From assembly GCF_963921235.1 (NCBI RefSeq), contig NC_086097.1, positions 8,804,001 to 8,868,000 on the forward strand: DNA of 64,000 bases, in the 5' to 3' direction. A program made the translations under genes and the position numbers. Below are positions 24,400 through 36,712 of the stretch, piece by piece. The stretch's first letter is position 1. The number at the start of each line of letters is the position of its first letter. Source of the stretch: Mobula hypostoma. Lineage: Eukaryota. The notes beneath the pieces are model-generated. The model had not been told where the DNA came from and ran no database searches. It worked only from the letters and a program-made list of their open reading frames with translations.

Positions 24400-26590
24400 G
24401 CCTTGCTGAAAATCCATATACACTATATCTACTGCTCTACCTTCATCAACGTGTTTAGTCACACCCTAAAATAAAATTGATTAAAAATACATAATAAAAG
24501 ACCAACAAATTCAAGACTGGCTCTCCCCAGGCCTACTGTCCTTGCTTTAAACTAGAATATACTTTTGTCGAATTCCGTGAAAAATCTCTTTGAAAGTCTT
24601 TCACTGTTCTTCAACTGTCCCACCATATAGCCTGTGTTCCCAGTCTACCCTATCCAATTCCTCCCTCATTCCATTGTAGTCTCCCTTGTTTAGGCATAAT
24701 ACACTGGTCTTAGATCGAACTGTTGCACCTTCCACTTGTAACACTGAGGCTGTCTACAAGAAGGGTCAGAGCCATCTCTATTTCCTGAGGAGACTGAGGT
24801 CCTTTAACATCTGCCGGATGATGCTGAGGATGTTCTACGAGTCTATGGTGGCCAGTGCTATCATGTTTTCTGTTGTGTGCTGGGGCAGCAGGCTGAGGGT
24901 AGCAGACACCAACAGAATCAACAAACTCATTCGTAAGGCCAGTGATGTTGTGGGATGGAAATGGACTCTCTGACGGTGGTGTCTGGAAAGAGGATGCTGT
25001 CCAAGTTGCATGCCATCTTGGACAATGTCTCCCATCCACTACATAATGTAATGGTTGGGCACAGGAGTACATTCAGCCAGAGACTCATTCCACCGAGATG
25101 CAACACAGAGCGTCATAGGAAGTCATTCCTGCCTGTGACCATCAAACTTTACAACTCCTCCCTTGGAGGGTCAGACAACCTGAGCCAATAGGCTGGTCCT
25201 GGACTTATTTCATAATTTACTGGCATAATTTACATATTACTATTTAACTATTTATGGTTTTATTACTATTTATTATTTATGGTGCAACTGTAACAAAAAC
25301 CATTTTCCCCTGGGATCAATAAAGTATGACTATGACTATGAGAAACTCATTCATGCTGTGATCACTCTTTCCAAGAGGATTCCTAACTATAATATCACTA
25401 ATTTTACATGTCTCATTGCACAGTAGCAGATCTAAAATAGCACATTCCCTTGTGGATTAAGTAAACATGTTGTTCCAGAACGATATCATGTATGCATACC
25501 AAGAAGTCCTCCTCAACCAACTTGATTTACCCAATCTATGTGCAAGTTGAAGTTTCCGATGATAACTGCTGTTCCATTCTTACATGCCTCAGACATTTCT
25601 TGGTTTATTGTCTGTGCTAGTTATTATTTGGCAGCCTATAGACAACTCCTCTCAGTGATTTTTTTTCCCTTTCTTATTCTTGATCTCACCCAGGTGGATT
25701 CAACACTCTGCTCCTTAGATCTTATATCATCTCTCACTATTGCCCTGATTTCATCCCTAGTTAAGTGAGCTACCACACCTCCCTTATCTTTCTGTCTATC
25801 CTTCCTTATTACCTGACATCCTTGGATATTTAATTCTCAATCCTCTCCACCCTGCAACCACATTTCTGTACTGGCCACTAAATCATACCTCTGTATACTG
25901 ATTTGTGCAACAAGTTCACCAACCTTGTTTCGAATACTATGGGCATTCAGTTAAAGCGTCCTTACACTCATTATGCCTTTAAAATCTCGCAATCTCTGTC
26001 TCTTATGTACTTGACTTTTCTTCACTCCATCCTTACTTTTCTCTTTTTTAAACTTGTATTTTCTCTTTATATTTATCCACACTTCTCTTTTACTTTATCC
26101 ATATTTCTCCAATCTGTTGAACCCAATCCCCGCTGCTATTTAGTTTAAAGCCCTATTCACAGCCATCGTTATTTGATTGGCCAGGATCCAGGTCCCATCA
26201 TGGTTCAGGTGGAACCTGTCCTGATGGAACAGCACCCTCCTTCCCCAATACTGGTGCCAACTTCCCATGAATTCAAGCCCACTTCTCCCACACCAATCCC
26301 TGAGTCACACATTTAACTCTCTAATCTTCTTGACTCCATGCCAATTTGCACATGGCTCAGGTAGTAATCCAGAGACTACCACTTTTTTGGTTCTGCATTT
26401 TAATTTAGTCCCTAGCTGCTCAAATTCCCTCAGCAGAGCCTCTTTCCTTGCTCTACCCATGTCATTGATACCCATATGGACAACAACAACTGGATCTTTC
26501 CCTTCCACTGCAAATTGCTGTGAAGGTCAGATAAGATGTCCTGAACCCAGGCACCAGACAGGCAACACAGTCTTCGGGACGGCTCTATCC
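24400..26590 (-). mobile_element. Old CR1 5' part (ORF1 SGNH esterase, APE)
   Basis: ORF 26305-26508 DPVVVVHMGINDMG..VVVSGLLP. Confidence 0.8.
24740..25340 (+). mobile_element. Rex1 LINE 3' fragment
   Basis: NTEAVYKKGQSHLYFLRRLRSF..GGSDNLSQ*; (TATGAC)n tail. Confidence 0.9.
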
Positions 26591-27679
26591 CGAGAATGGG
26601 CAAAGTACTGGCAGATGGAATGCAGTGTCGGGAAGTGTATGGTCATGCATCCTGCTAAAAGAAATGAAAGGGAGGTATTTAGTGAGAGAGTGGTGATTCT
26701 GTGGAAGTTGTTGCCACAGGCAGCTGTGGAGACCAAGTCTTTATTTATAATTAAGGCAGAGGTTGGTAGTTTTGTTTATTGGTCAGGGCATGAAGGGATA
26801 TGGGGGCGGGGGGCAGGCAGGAGATTGGGGCTGAGAGGAAAAATGCATCAGCCACAATAAAATTGGGAAGCAGACTCGACTAGCCAAATAGCCTAATTCT
26901 GCTCCTGTGTCTTATGATCATGATTAAGCTGGGGTTAAATTGATGGGTTGCTGGGTGGTTCGGCTCATTGGGCCAGAAGGGCCTGTTCCATACCCCATTT
27001 CTGATTAGTAAATAATAATAGAAGTACATTTTTCATAAACTAATTGACAACTACTGATTCAACATGACTGTATCATAATGCTGTGTAGCAAGTCAAGTGG
27101 CGATAAATATTTTATCCATACCTTGTGAGATACAGAAGCTAGGGATGACCATTTGTTCTATCCTCCTTGCTCTGCTATCTAGTACTTGTTAAATGGGATT
27201 AATGACATTCATGGTTGTTAAAATTGTGGATAAAATGATTTTGGACAAACGTGCTGAGCATTCAAATAATTTTACACACTGGATGCCCAAGGGCAATTAA
27301 CAACCCCTTACTGTATAAATAACATGTTACATACTGCAGTCTATGGTCTTTGAATAGCAAAATAAATTGCCTGATGATGCTGGATCTCCGATTAATAGAT
27401 TTAATTGCCTCCATAAACCACTAGTGCTAGATTGCCTGTTCAATTTATGCAGAACTTGTACAATAGTGTTTAGTGATGCAACAATCAACTGCTTTACTTC
27501 TCAAAACTCAAGGGTAAATCAACAAAAGAGATCTCCAGTGATTTATTATCTTGAAAGTCCATTAAAATGCAATCCAATCATGCCATGGCTTCAAAGAAAA
27601 TCTTTCTTTTAATTTCACTTGAATTGTAAAAACGATGAACCCCTGTGTAAACACAGGGAAAATTTGTAACTGCAAACTG

Positions 27680-27835
27680 CAAAATTGCTGGAGGAAGTCC
27701 ATAGATCAAGCATCAATGTAGGAGGAAAAGAATTGGAGTTTCAGGAAATTTTGGCAATTCCTTTTCTCTCACAGATGCCGCTTGAAACTCTGAGTTCCTC
27801 CAGTGGATTGTTTATTGCTCTAGGTTACAGTACTT
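27680..27835. mobile_element. Degenerate palindromic Penelope pLTR-derived repeat
   Basis: GCTGGAGGAA..CAAGCATC arm mirrored by GATGCCGCTTGA..TTCCTCCAG. Confidence 0.55.
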
Positions 27836-27971
27836 GCAATTCCTTGTTTCTCCAAAAGATCTGTGGCTGTTTAAATCATGTCTGTCTGCCTGTCTATCTA
27901 CCAGTGTGGAACAAGCCCTACTCGCCCAATGAGCTGTGTCAATCAGCAACCTCCTATTTAACTCAAGCCTG

Positions 27972-28672
27972 ATAGACAATATAGACAATAGGTGCAGGAG
28001 TAGGCCATTCAGCCCTTCGAGCCAGCACCGCCATTCACTGTGATCATGGCTGATCATCCATAATCAGTATCCAGTTCCTGCCTTATCCCCATAACCTTTG
28101 ATTCCGCTATCTTTAAGAGCTCTGTCCATCTCTTTCTTGAAAGCATCCAGAGACTTGGCCTCCACAGCCTTCTGGGGCAGAGCATTCCATATATCCACCA
28201 CTCTCTGGGTGAAAAAAATTTTCCGCAACTCCGTTCTAAATGGCCTATCCCTTATTCTTAAACTGTGGCCTCTGGTTCTGGACTCCCCTAACATTGGGAA
28301 CATGTTTCCTGCCTCTAGCGTATCCAATCCCTTAATAATCTTATATGTTTCAATAAGACCCCCTCTCAGCCTTCTAAATTCCAGTGTATACAAGCCCAGT
28401 CGCTCCAATCTTTCGACATATGACAGTCCCGCCATACCGGGAATTAACCTTGTGAACCTATGCTGCACTCCCTCAATAGCAAGAACGTCCTTCCTCAAAT
28501 TTGGAGACCAAAACTGCACACAGTACTCCAGGTGTGGTCTCACCAGTGCCCTGTACAGCTGCAGAAGGACCTCTTTGCTCCTGTACTCAATTCCCCTTGT
28601 TATGAAGGCCAGCATGCCATTAGCTTTCTTCACTGCCTGCTGTACTTGCATGCTTACTTTCAGTGACTGATG
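27972..28672 (-). mobile_element. CR1 3' fragment, little decayed
   Basis: Open frame HQSLKVSMQVQQAVKKANG..GYGDKAGTGY*; (ATTGTCT) tail. Confidence 0.9.
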
Positions 28673-28714
28673 ATCAAAGACAATTTTCAATGACAAATTC
28701 ACAGTTCAGCCAGC

Positions 28715-28866
28715 AAGTCTTTGGAACGTGCTGGAAAACTGATCACCTGGAGGAAACCCATGTGCTCATGAGAGAATGTATAAATCCTAATAGATGGCAG
28801 CGTAATTGAACTCTGAACTCTGACTCCCCAAACTGTAATAGCAAACTGCTGAACTATCATGGCACC
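28715..28866 (-). mobile_element. V-SINE/HE1-like SINE fragment
   Basis: CCTGGAGGAAACCCA core; related to 46980-47242 and 52680-52885. Confidence 0.55.
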
Positions 28867-29667
28867 CAACAACAGGCTAGGCTACTCTTCGGCAATAAGC
28901 TATCAACTCAGAGGGGAATACATATCCATGTTCTATAAATTTGTGGCTTAGGTGGCACAAGTTTTTGAGTTTTATTTAGATTTATATCTTGTAAGTGGTA
29001 AATTGTGAAGATGTATTAAGCTGCTGGAAATACATATGTTTCTCTAATGACTGTGGTTATGGATGTTGATATCCGAGCCAAGCAGGGATCAGACAACATC
29101 ATAGATGGATTAGGAATTAGATTCGATCCTGTGATCAGCTGACTAGGGAAAACAAATGTGTTCTCAATTCTGAGGATTACTATTGAACTCATTCACAACA
29201 GTAACATGAAGTGTCATCATTTTGGTTTAAACCACAATTGCAGACACACAAGCACAATTTAGATTGCTTACAGTATTTAGAATAACAGAAGCTTATAGAA
29301 GTGAAAGAGGGCTTTTGACCAGATGTGCTTATGCTAGTAAGCAACAGAATTCTGGTTAATCCTAGTTACCAGCTCATGGCCTTCAGGTTATAGTTCTTAA
29401 ATTACAATTACTTATTGTGATGAGGATTTCTGTCATTACCAAACCATTAAGCAATGAATCCCAGACCCTCATTACTAGTTGAGGTAAACACCTTATTTTA
29501 TTTGTTCCCCTCAAATCATTCTTACATAAATTTGAAATTATATATTTGAGACAAAATTTATGAATTTGAATTTGTTCTCCTCATTAACTGTTATTATTGT
29601 CTCATGTATGGAGATAGTGGAAAAACTTTGCTTTGCATGCCATGTATACAGATCATTGTAGATATTT

Positions 29668-30578
29668 AGACCACAAGACATAGGAGCAAATTAGGCCATT
29701 CGGCCCATTGATACTGCTCCACCATCTCAAATGGCTCATTAATTATCCCTCTCAACCCCATTCTCTTGCCTTCTCCCTGTAATCTTTGACGTCCTCTCTA
29801 ATTACCACTCTCTGGCTAAGGAAATTGCTTCTAATCTCTGTTTTAAAAGGGCAGCCCTCTATTCTGAGGCTGTGCACTCTGGTCCAGGACTCCCCCACTA
29901 TAGGAAACATCCTTTCCACATCCACTCTAACGAGTCCTTTCAATATACTATTGGTTTCAGTGAGATACTCCCTCATTCTTCCAAACTCCAGCAAGTACAG
30001 GGATAGAGCCATCATGCATTCCTCATGTGTTAAGCCTTCCATTTCCAGATCATTCTCATAAACCTACTTTGGACCCTCTCCAATGTGAAAACATTTTTCA
30101 GCGATAAAGTCCTCAGAACTCTGCGTTTTCTCCTTGGAGCAACGGAGGATGACAGGTGACCTGATAGAGGTATTCAAGATAATGAGAGGCATTGATTGTG
30201 TGGATAGTCAGAGGCTTTACCCCAGTGATGAAATGGCTAGCACGAGAGGGCATAGTTTTAAGGTGCTTGGAAGAGGAGATGTCAGGGGTAAGTTTTTTTT
30301 TACGCAGAGATTGGTGAGTGCATGGAATGGGCTGCCAGTAGTGGTGGAGGAGGCGGAAATGATAGGGTCTTTTAAGAGACTCCTGGATGGCTACATGGAG
30401 CTTAGAAAAATAGAGGGCTATGGGTTATGCCTAGGTAGTTCTAAGGAAGGGATATGTTCGGCACAGCTTTGTGGGCCGAAGGGCCTGTATTGTGTTGTAG
30501 GTTTTCTATGTTTCTATGTTTTAAAACATCCACAATTATCCAAGAACAGTCTAACTAATGCCTTATAAAGTCTCAGCT
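29668..30578 (-). mobile_element. CR1 3' fragment with a nested plus-strand CR1 3' end (30122-30522)
   Basis: ORFs 29752-30042 (-) and 30134-30568 (+) both resemble CR1 ORF2 C-termini. Confidence 0.8.
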
Positions 30579-30758
30579 TTTCTTTATCTTTATTTTCTTT
30601 GTCTAGGCTTCTCATTTGCATACACCTCAAGCAAACCTTGCCTCAATTATTTTTCCAAAAGAAACACATGTGCATGTGCAACATTGAGTCACTTGGAATT
30701 TTAATCTCTCAGATTCATTAGAGAATTTGAAAGTGACTCTGTTCTTCCTATTTGCCAG

Positions 30759-30790
30759 GTGCTTCAAAAAAATTCCAGTGCCCAGGAAAG
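30759..30790 (+). CDS. Candidate 32-bp coding exon of host gene (VLQKNSSAQE-R)
   Basis: Acceptor ttcttcctatttgccag, donor AAG|gtaggg, apparently non-repetitive context; ends in phase 2, matching the 54444 exon. Confidence 0.5.
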
Positions 30791-31005
30791 GTAGGGTGAG
30801 CTCCCTTTACAACTATTGTTCAGTAACACTCATGTTTATGGTGATAGTGTTCTCAGAGGTTGGTTATGGCTAGAAGTATGGTGAGGTGCGGGCCGATTGA
30901 GATCGCTGCCCCACAATATTTACCCAGTTCTGTGCTGAACATATGGACCTTCTTGCAGACTTCAGACCAGAAGCACGATTTGCTTGTGTTTCTAGGAAGA
31001 AGTAC

Positions 31006-31041
31006 AGTCAACATTTCGGGCCGAGACCCTTCGTCAGGACT
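31006..31041 (-). ncRNA. Hammerhead motif copy with CpG-type decay
   Basis: Reverse strand AGTC-CTGACGA-AGGGTCTCGGCCC-GAAAT-GTT-GACT. Confidence 0.65.
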
Positions 31042-31497
31042 AACTGAAGGAAGAGTTAGTAAGAGATTTGAAAGTGGGAGGGGGAGGGGGAGATTCAAAA
31101 TGATAGGAGAAGACAGGAGAGGGAGGGATGGAGCCAAGAGCTGAACAGGTGATTGGCAAAAGGGATATGAGAGGATCATGGGACAGGAGGCCCAGGGAGA
31201 AGGAAAAGAGGGAGGGGGGGAAAACCCAGAGGATGGGCAAGGGGTATAGTCAGAGGGACAGAGGAAGAAAAAGGAGAGAGAGAGAAACTCATCTCCCCCA
31301 TTTCATGCACATCTGCTCTCACTCCATCCTCCCGTCACCCCACTAGGAATAGGGTTCCACTACTCCTCACCTACCACCCCACCAGCCTCCGGGTCCAACA
31401 TATTATTCTCCGTAACTTCTGCCACCTCCAACGGGATCCCACCACTAAGCACATCTTTCCCTCCCCCCCTCCCCACTTTCCGCAGGGATCGCTCCCT

Positions 31498-31968
31498 ATG
31501 CAACTCCCTTGTCCATTTGTCCCCCCACCCCTCCCTACTGATCTCCCTCCTGGCGCTTATCCTTGTAAGCGGAACAAGTGCTACACATGTCCTTACACTT
31601 CCTCCCTTACCACCATTCAGGGCCCCAGACAGTCCTTCCAGGTGAGGCGACACTTCACCTGTGAGTCGGCTGGGGTGATATACTGCGTCCAGTGCTCCCG
31701 ATGTGGCCTTCTATATATTGGCGAGAGCCGGCGCAGACTGGGAGATCGTTTTGCTGAACACCTACGCTCTGTCCACCAGAGAAAGCAGGATCTCCCAGTG
31801 GCCACACATTTTAATTCCACGTCCCATTCCCATTCTGATATGTCTATCCACGGCCTCCTGTACTGTAAAGATGAAGCCACACTCAGGTTGGAGGAACAAC
31901 ACCTTATATTCCGTCTGGGTAGCCTCCAACCTGTTGGCATGAACACTGACTTCTCTAACTTCCGCTAA
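31498..31968 (+). CDS. Penelope GIY-YIG endonuclease domain (partial)
   Basis: CKRNKCYTC linker, VIYCVQCSRCGLLYIGESRRRLGDRFAEH, RLEEQHLIFRLGSLQPVGMN. Confidence 0.85.
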   Translation: MQLPCPFVPPPLPTDLPPGAYPCKRNKCYTCPYTSSLTTIQGPRQSFQVRRHFTCESAGVIYCVQCSRCGLLYIGESRRRLGDRFAEHLRSVHQRKQDLPVATHFNSTSHSHSDMSIHGLLYCKDEATLRLEEQHLIFRLGSLQPVGMNTDFSNFR

Positions 31969-32261
31969 TGCCCCACCTCCCCATCGTACCCCATCCGTTA
32001 TTTATTTATATACACACATTCTTTCTCTCTCTCCTTTTTCTCCCTCTGTCCCTCTGACTATACCCCTTACCCATCCTCTGGGTCCCCCCCTTTCCTTCTC
32101 CCTGGGCCTCCTGTCCCATGATCCTCTCATATCCCTTTTGCCAATCACCTGTCCAGCTCTTGGCTCCATCCCTCCCCCTCCTGTCTTCTCCTATCATTTT
32201 GGAGCTCCCCCTCCCCCTCCCCCTCCCACTTTCAAATCTCTTACTCACTCTTCCTTCAGTT

Positions 32262-32297
32262 AGTCCTGACGAAGGGTCTCGGCCTGAAACGTCGACT
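32262..32297 (+). ncRNA. Minimal type I hammerhead ribozyme in Penelope pLTR
   Basis: AGTC-CTGACGA-AGGGTCTCGGCCT-GAAAC-GTC-GACT: intact core, stem I AGTC/GACT, palindromic ACGT stem III. Confidence 0.8.
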
Positions 32298-32499
32298 GTA
32301 CCTCTTCCTAGAGATGCTGCCTGGCCTGCTGTGTTCATCAGCAACTTTGATGTGTGTTGCTTGAATTTCCAGCATCTGCAGAATTCCTCGTGTTTACGAT
32401 ACTACCTCACTACTTTTTATTTATATTTTTGCACTACTTATTTAATTTAACTACTTAACATTTGTATATTAAATATTAACTATTTTATATATGTATATG

Positions 32500-33955
32500 C
32501 TGTTCTACATAGGCTTGAACACCTTCTGCCAGATCATCTCAAAGATTGGATATGGGTCCAGGTTCAAGAGTGGAGTGACCATCGGCCACCTCCTCTACGT
32601 GGATGACATCAATCTGTATGCCAGAAATTAAAGAGATATTGATTCACTAATTCACCTGACAAGGATATACAGCAGAGACATCGGGATGTCATTTGGCCTG
32701 GAAAAGTGCAGCTGGATGGTTGTGAAATAAGGGCAAACTCATCCAGACTAAAGGAGTCGAGTTACCTGAAGGTCACATACCAGATGTACAGGACAGCTAC
32801 AAATACCTGGGGGTCCTGCAGGTGCATAGAAGCCACGATGAAGATGAAAGGAAGGACGCAACATCCAATTATCTCCAAAGAGTGACAGGTCCTAAAAAGC
32901 CAGCTGGATGAGAAGAACAAGATCAGAGCCATCAACACATTCGCCCTACCAGTCATCAGATACCCAGGCACAGTAGTGTGCTGGCCAAGGAATGAACTGG
33001 AAACTGCTGATATAAAGACCCAGAAACTACCAACAATACATGGAGGATTCCACCCAAAGTCCAACGTCCAGTGACTACACAGTCGCTGGAATAAAGGATG
33101 ACTGGTAGTTGGAAGCGTTAAAGGCACAGTCCTGGAAAAAATGCAAAGCATCCATGAGTATATCAGGAAGATGACCCCTAAGGAGGACCTGCTAGGAGAA
33201 TATCTCAGGCAGCAGGCAGGGGATATGGAAATGGAAGTGGGTGAAGCAGAGTCAGAGGACCAGAGGTCATGTCAGGAGAAGCCACTGCACAGGATGTATC
33301 AACGCCAGATATCAGAGGTGGCTGACATAAGAAAGTCCCACCAATGGCTGGAAATGGCAGGGCTGAGGGACAGCACAGAGGCGCTGATCATGGCCGCACA
33401 AGAACAGGTGCTGAGCACAAGAGCAGTAGAAATAAGGATCTATCACACCAGACAAGACCCAAGATGCAGACTGTGTGAGGAATCCTCTGAAACCATCCAG
33501 CACATAGTAGCAGGGTGCAAGATGCAAGCAGGGACAGCATACACTGAACAGCACAACCAAGTTGCAGGAATTGTGTACAGGAACATCGTGCTGGGTATGG
33601 ATTGGACTCTCCCGTCCAAATGGAAAACACCCAAGAAGGTAGCGGTGAATGACAGAGATAAGATCCTGTGGGACTTCCTAATACAGATTGATTAACAGGT
33701 ACAGGCTGACCAACCAGACAGAGTAACACTGGACAAGAAACAGAAGAAAGCAATAGTAATAGATGTGGCAATCCTGAATGGAAGTAACATTAGGAAGAAA
33801 GAACATGAGAAGCTGGAGAAATACCAGGGCTTGAAAGAGCAGATAGAAATGATGTGGAGGATTAAAGCCAGTGGTGATAGGAGCACTTAGAGCTGTGACA
33901 TCTGGACTGGGAGAGTGACTCCAACAAATCCCGGGAACAACATCTGAGTTCTCGG
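32500..33955 (+). mobile_element. R4-clade (Dong/Rex6-like) non-LTR fragment, degenerate
   Basis: HLLYVDDINLYA, YKYLG, LRDSTEALIMAAQEQVL, CRLCEESSETIQHIVAGC, KILWDF..QPD..IDVAI..EKLEKY. Confidence 0.85.
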
Positions 33956-35065
33956 TGTATATATATTTATTGTAATTCATTTTTTTCTTCTCTATTATTA
34001 TGTATTGTAATATACTGCTTCTGCAACGACAACAAATTTCACAACATATGTCGATGATTTTAGACCTAATTCTAATTCTGAAGGAGCTAATAGAAAGTTA
34101 TATATCAGGTAGAATCTGAATTTTTCCCCAGCAATGTAGAAGCAATACTCTTGAGGAGATGATGTGCAATTGTATCTACAAAACAAAATTCACCAAACAA
34201 TTTCTGATATTCTATATGCTGTGAATCCTTTAAAATTGGATAGGCTAATGCCTTAATTTTGTATCCATTCATCACAAGAATATATTAATCTGAATTAAAT
34301 TTCTCCAGTGATATAAAATTAAACAGCCCACCAGAATTAGATTAGGTAGAGTAGTAGACTTCTTGGTATTTAGGATGAGCAAAAGCAGGTCCACAGTCAG
34401 TTTTAATGTTGATCACAAAGTCCAAAAAAATAATGTTTTTTGAATCGGTTTTGTGCAATCACTTGGATCTTATAGGTATTTACTTTTCTTTAAATAAACC
34501 TGTTGTCAGCTTGTCACAAAACATAATCAAGTTACTTTCTTTTAACAAATCCTTGGTGATGGATCCAAATTAATGTGTGCATTTATAAATTAAGGCTGAA
34601 ATAACCCCTAGAACAGATTCTATTCATTTGTCCACCTCCAATGTTAAACTAACTCAACTGTGGTTACTTGGTCTATCATTTTCTCTTTTTTCTACCATAA
34701 GCATTTCTCCAGTCCTTTAGTACCAGTTAGGTTGAGAGAGAGAGGCTTGCTAAAAATGAAGTCAGCTTTTCCATAATTGCCTTCTATTCTGCTTTTAAAA
34801 ATAATTTGTGATAGATCGTATTCAGCTTTGATGGCATCAATTTTCAAAGTTACTGAATTCCTTAATACTTCATCTCTCAGAATCAGATTTATTATCACTG
34901 GCATGTGACGTGAAATGTGTTAACTTAGCAGCAGCAGTTCAATGCAATACATAATCTAGCAGAGAAAAAAAATAATGAATACAATTTTGAAAATAATAAT
35001 AAACAAGTAAATCAATTACAGTATACATATATTGAATAGCTTTTTTAAAAAACGTGCAAAAATAG

Positions 35066-35735
35066 GGGAGGAGAAGATGGCAGCGCGACTCAGCGCGCAC
35101 GGCCGCTCTGAATTGATATCGTATTTGTGAAGTAGGGTGCCGTGCACAATCCTGATTTGATGGAGACGGACGGGAGAAGCACGGAGGAACATCTGGAAAA
35201 ACTTCTGAAATGCCTGCTTCGCTACCGCTGCTACTGTGCGATCGAGAATCTCCGGAGAGGAAGGCCCCAGATCCTCGGCTTTGCCTATTGCCTGTTGCTG
35301 GCGCCGGGGTCGAAGCGCTCGGCAGAGATGGTGCTCGGTGCTCGGTGTCGGAGGGCTGGTCGGAGGCTCGAAGTTTTCGGACAACTCAGAGTCGGACTGT
35401 TGTTGGGTGCTTCCAGGATGCCGCATCAGCAAGTTTGCAGCGCTGGAAGCTCATGGAAGGGAGAGTTTCTCCCTTCAACCGTCTGCGTGAGATGATGGGA
35501 CTTTCGAGAGACTTTTTACCATGCCCATGGTCTGTTCTTGTATCAAATTACGGTATTGCTTGCACTGTTGTAACTGTATGTTATAATTATGTGGTTTTTG
35601 TCAGTTTTTTTTCGTCTTGGTTTGTCTTGTGTTTCTGTGATATCATTCTGGAGGAACAAATTGTATCATTTCTTAATGCATGCATTACTAAATGACAATA
35701 AAAGAGGACTAAGTGTCCTCATAATCTAATCTAAT
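35066..35735 (+). mobile_element. Non-autonomous retroposon (~670 bp), copy 2
   Basis: Colinear with 5983-6623; sits inside a minus-strand Rex1-type tail (about 34878-35800). Confidence 0.8.
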
Positions 35736-35829
35736 GTAAATAGAAATACTGTATATTAAAAAAAGTGAGGTAGAGTCCAAAGATTCAATGTCCATGTAGG
35801 AAACACTGGAAGGAAAAAAAATCGATAAT

Positions 35830-35955
35830 CATGCCATCAGGTTGGAGGCTACCTAGGAGGAATCTAAGGCGTTGCTCCTCCACTCTGAGGGTGGCCTTGT
35901 CTTGGCACAAGAGGAAGCAATAGACTGGCATGTTGGCATGGGAGTCAGAACTAAA
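35830..35955 (-). mobile_element. Penelope GIY-YIG C-terminal fragment
   Basis: Reverse strand resembles 31810-31940. Confidence 0.6.
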
Positions 35956-36052
35956 ATTATTGGACTAATGTCGGAATTAATTGCTTCTCTGGATCAGATG
36001 CAGCACAAAAAACAAACACTAATAAAAAACCACAATAAATATAAATTTATAT

Positions 36053-36346
36053 AGGCATCCGTTCGTCTCATTAGACCATGGATTTACGCCTTGGAAAGTT
36101 TCCAGGGCGCAGGCCTGGGCAAGGTTGTATGGAAGACCAGCAGTTGCCCATGCTGCAAGTTTCCCCTCTCCATGCCACCGATGTTGTCCAAGGGAAGGGC
36201 ATTAGGACCCATACAGCTTGGCACCGGTGTCGTCGCAGAGCAATATGTGGTTAAGTGCCTTGCTCAAGGACACACACGCTGCCTCAGCCACGGCTCGAAC
36301 TAGCGACCTTCAAATCACTAGATGAATGCCTTAACCACTTGGCCAT
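36053..36346 (-). mobile_element. tRNA-derived SINE
   Basis: Reverse strand has A box TGGCCAAGTGG, B box GTTCGAGCC, then GTGTCCTTGAGCAAGGCACTTAACC core. Confidence 0.85.
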
Positions 36347-36552
36347 AGCTTATATACTGTACATAGGTTGGTTGTATATCCATAAAGGCACAGATTTTCT
36401 GCACATAAGGTGACTGGTAGAAATGATAAAGTAGGGATGCTGTGAGGGGTTAGCGGGTGGAGGCGTTGATCAGTCTTACTGCTTGGGGATACTAACTTTT
36501 TTTGAGTCTGGTGGTCCTGCTGTGGATGCTACATTGTCTCCTCCCTGATGCA

Positions 36553-36712
36553 AACACAAAATAATCTGCAGATGCTGGGGTCAAAGCAACACTCACAACA
36601 CGCTGGAGGAACTCAGCAGGTCGGGCAGCATCCGTGGAAAAGATCGATCGACGTTTCGGAACGGAACCCTTCGTCAGGACTGTAGGGGGAAGGGGAGGCC
36701 CCTTCAGTGTTA
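36553..36712 (-). mobile_element. Solo Penelope pLTR fragment with hammerhead (36646-36681)
   Basis: Reverse strand GTC-CTGACGA-AGGGTTCCGTTCC-GAAAC-GTC-GAT; 15-bp direct repeat CTCCTCCCTGATGCA at 36538-36552 and 36713-36727. Confidence 0.8.

Larger units (their letters stand above)
30991..32397 (+). mobile_element. Penelope-like element (Neptune type), 5'-truncated, with inverted upstream pLTR
   Basis: GIY-YIG ORF; 30991-31283 is an inverted copy of about 32025-32311. Confidence 0.9.
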
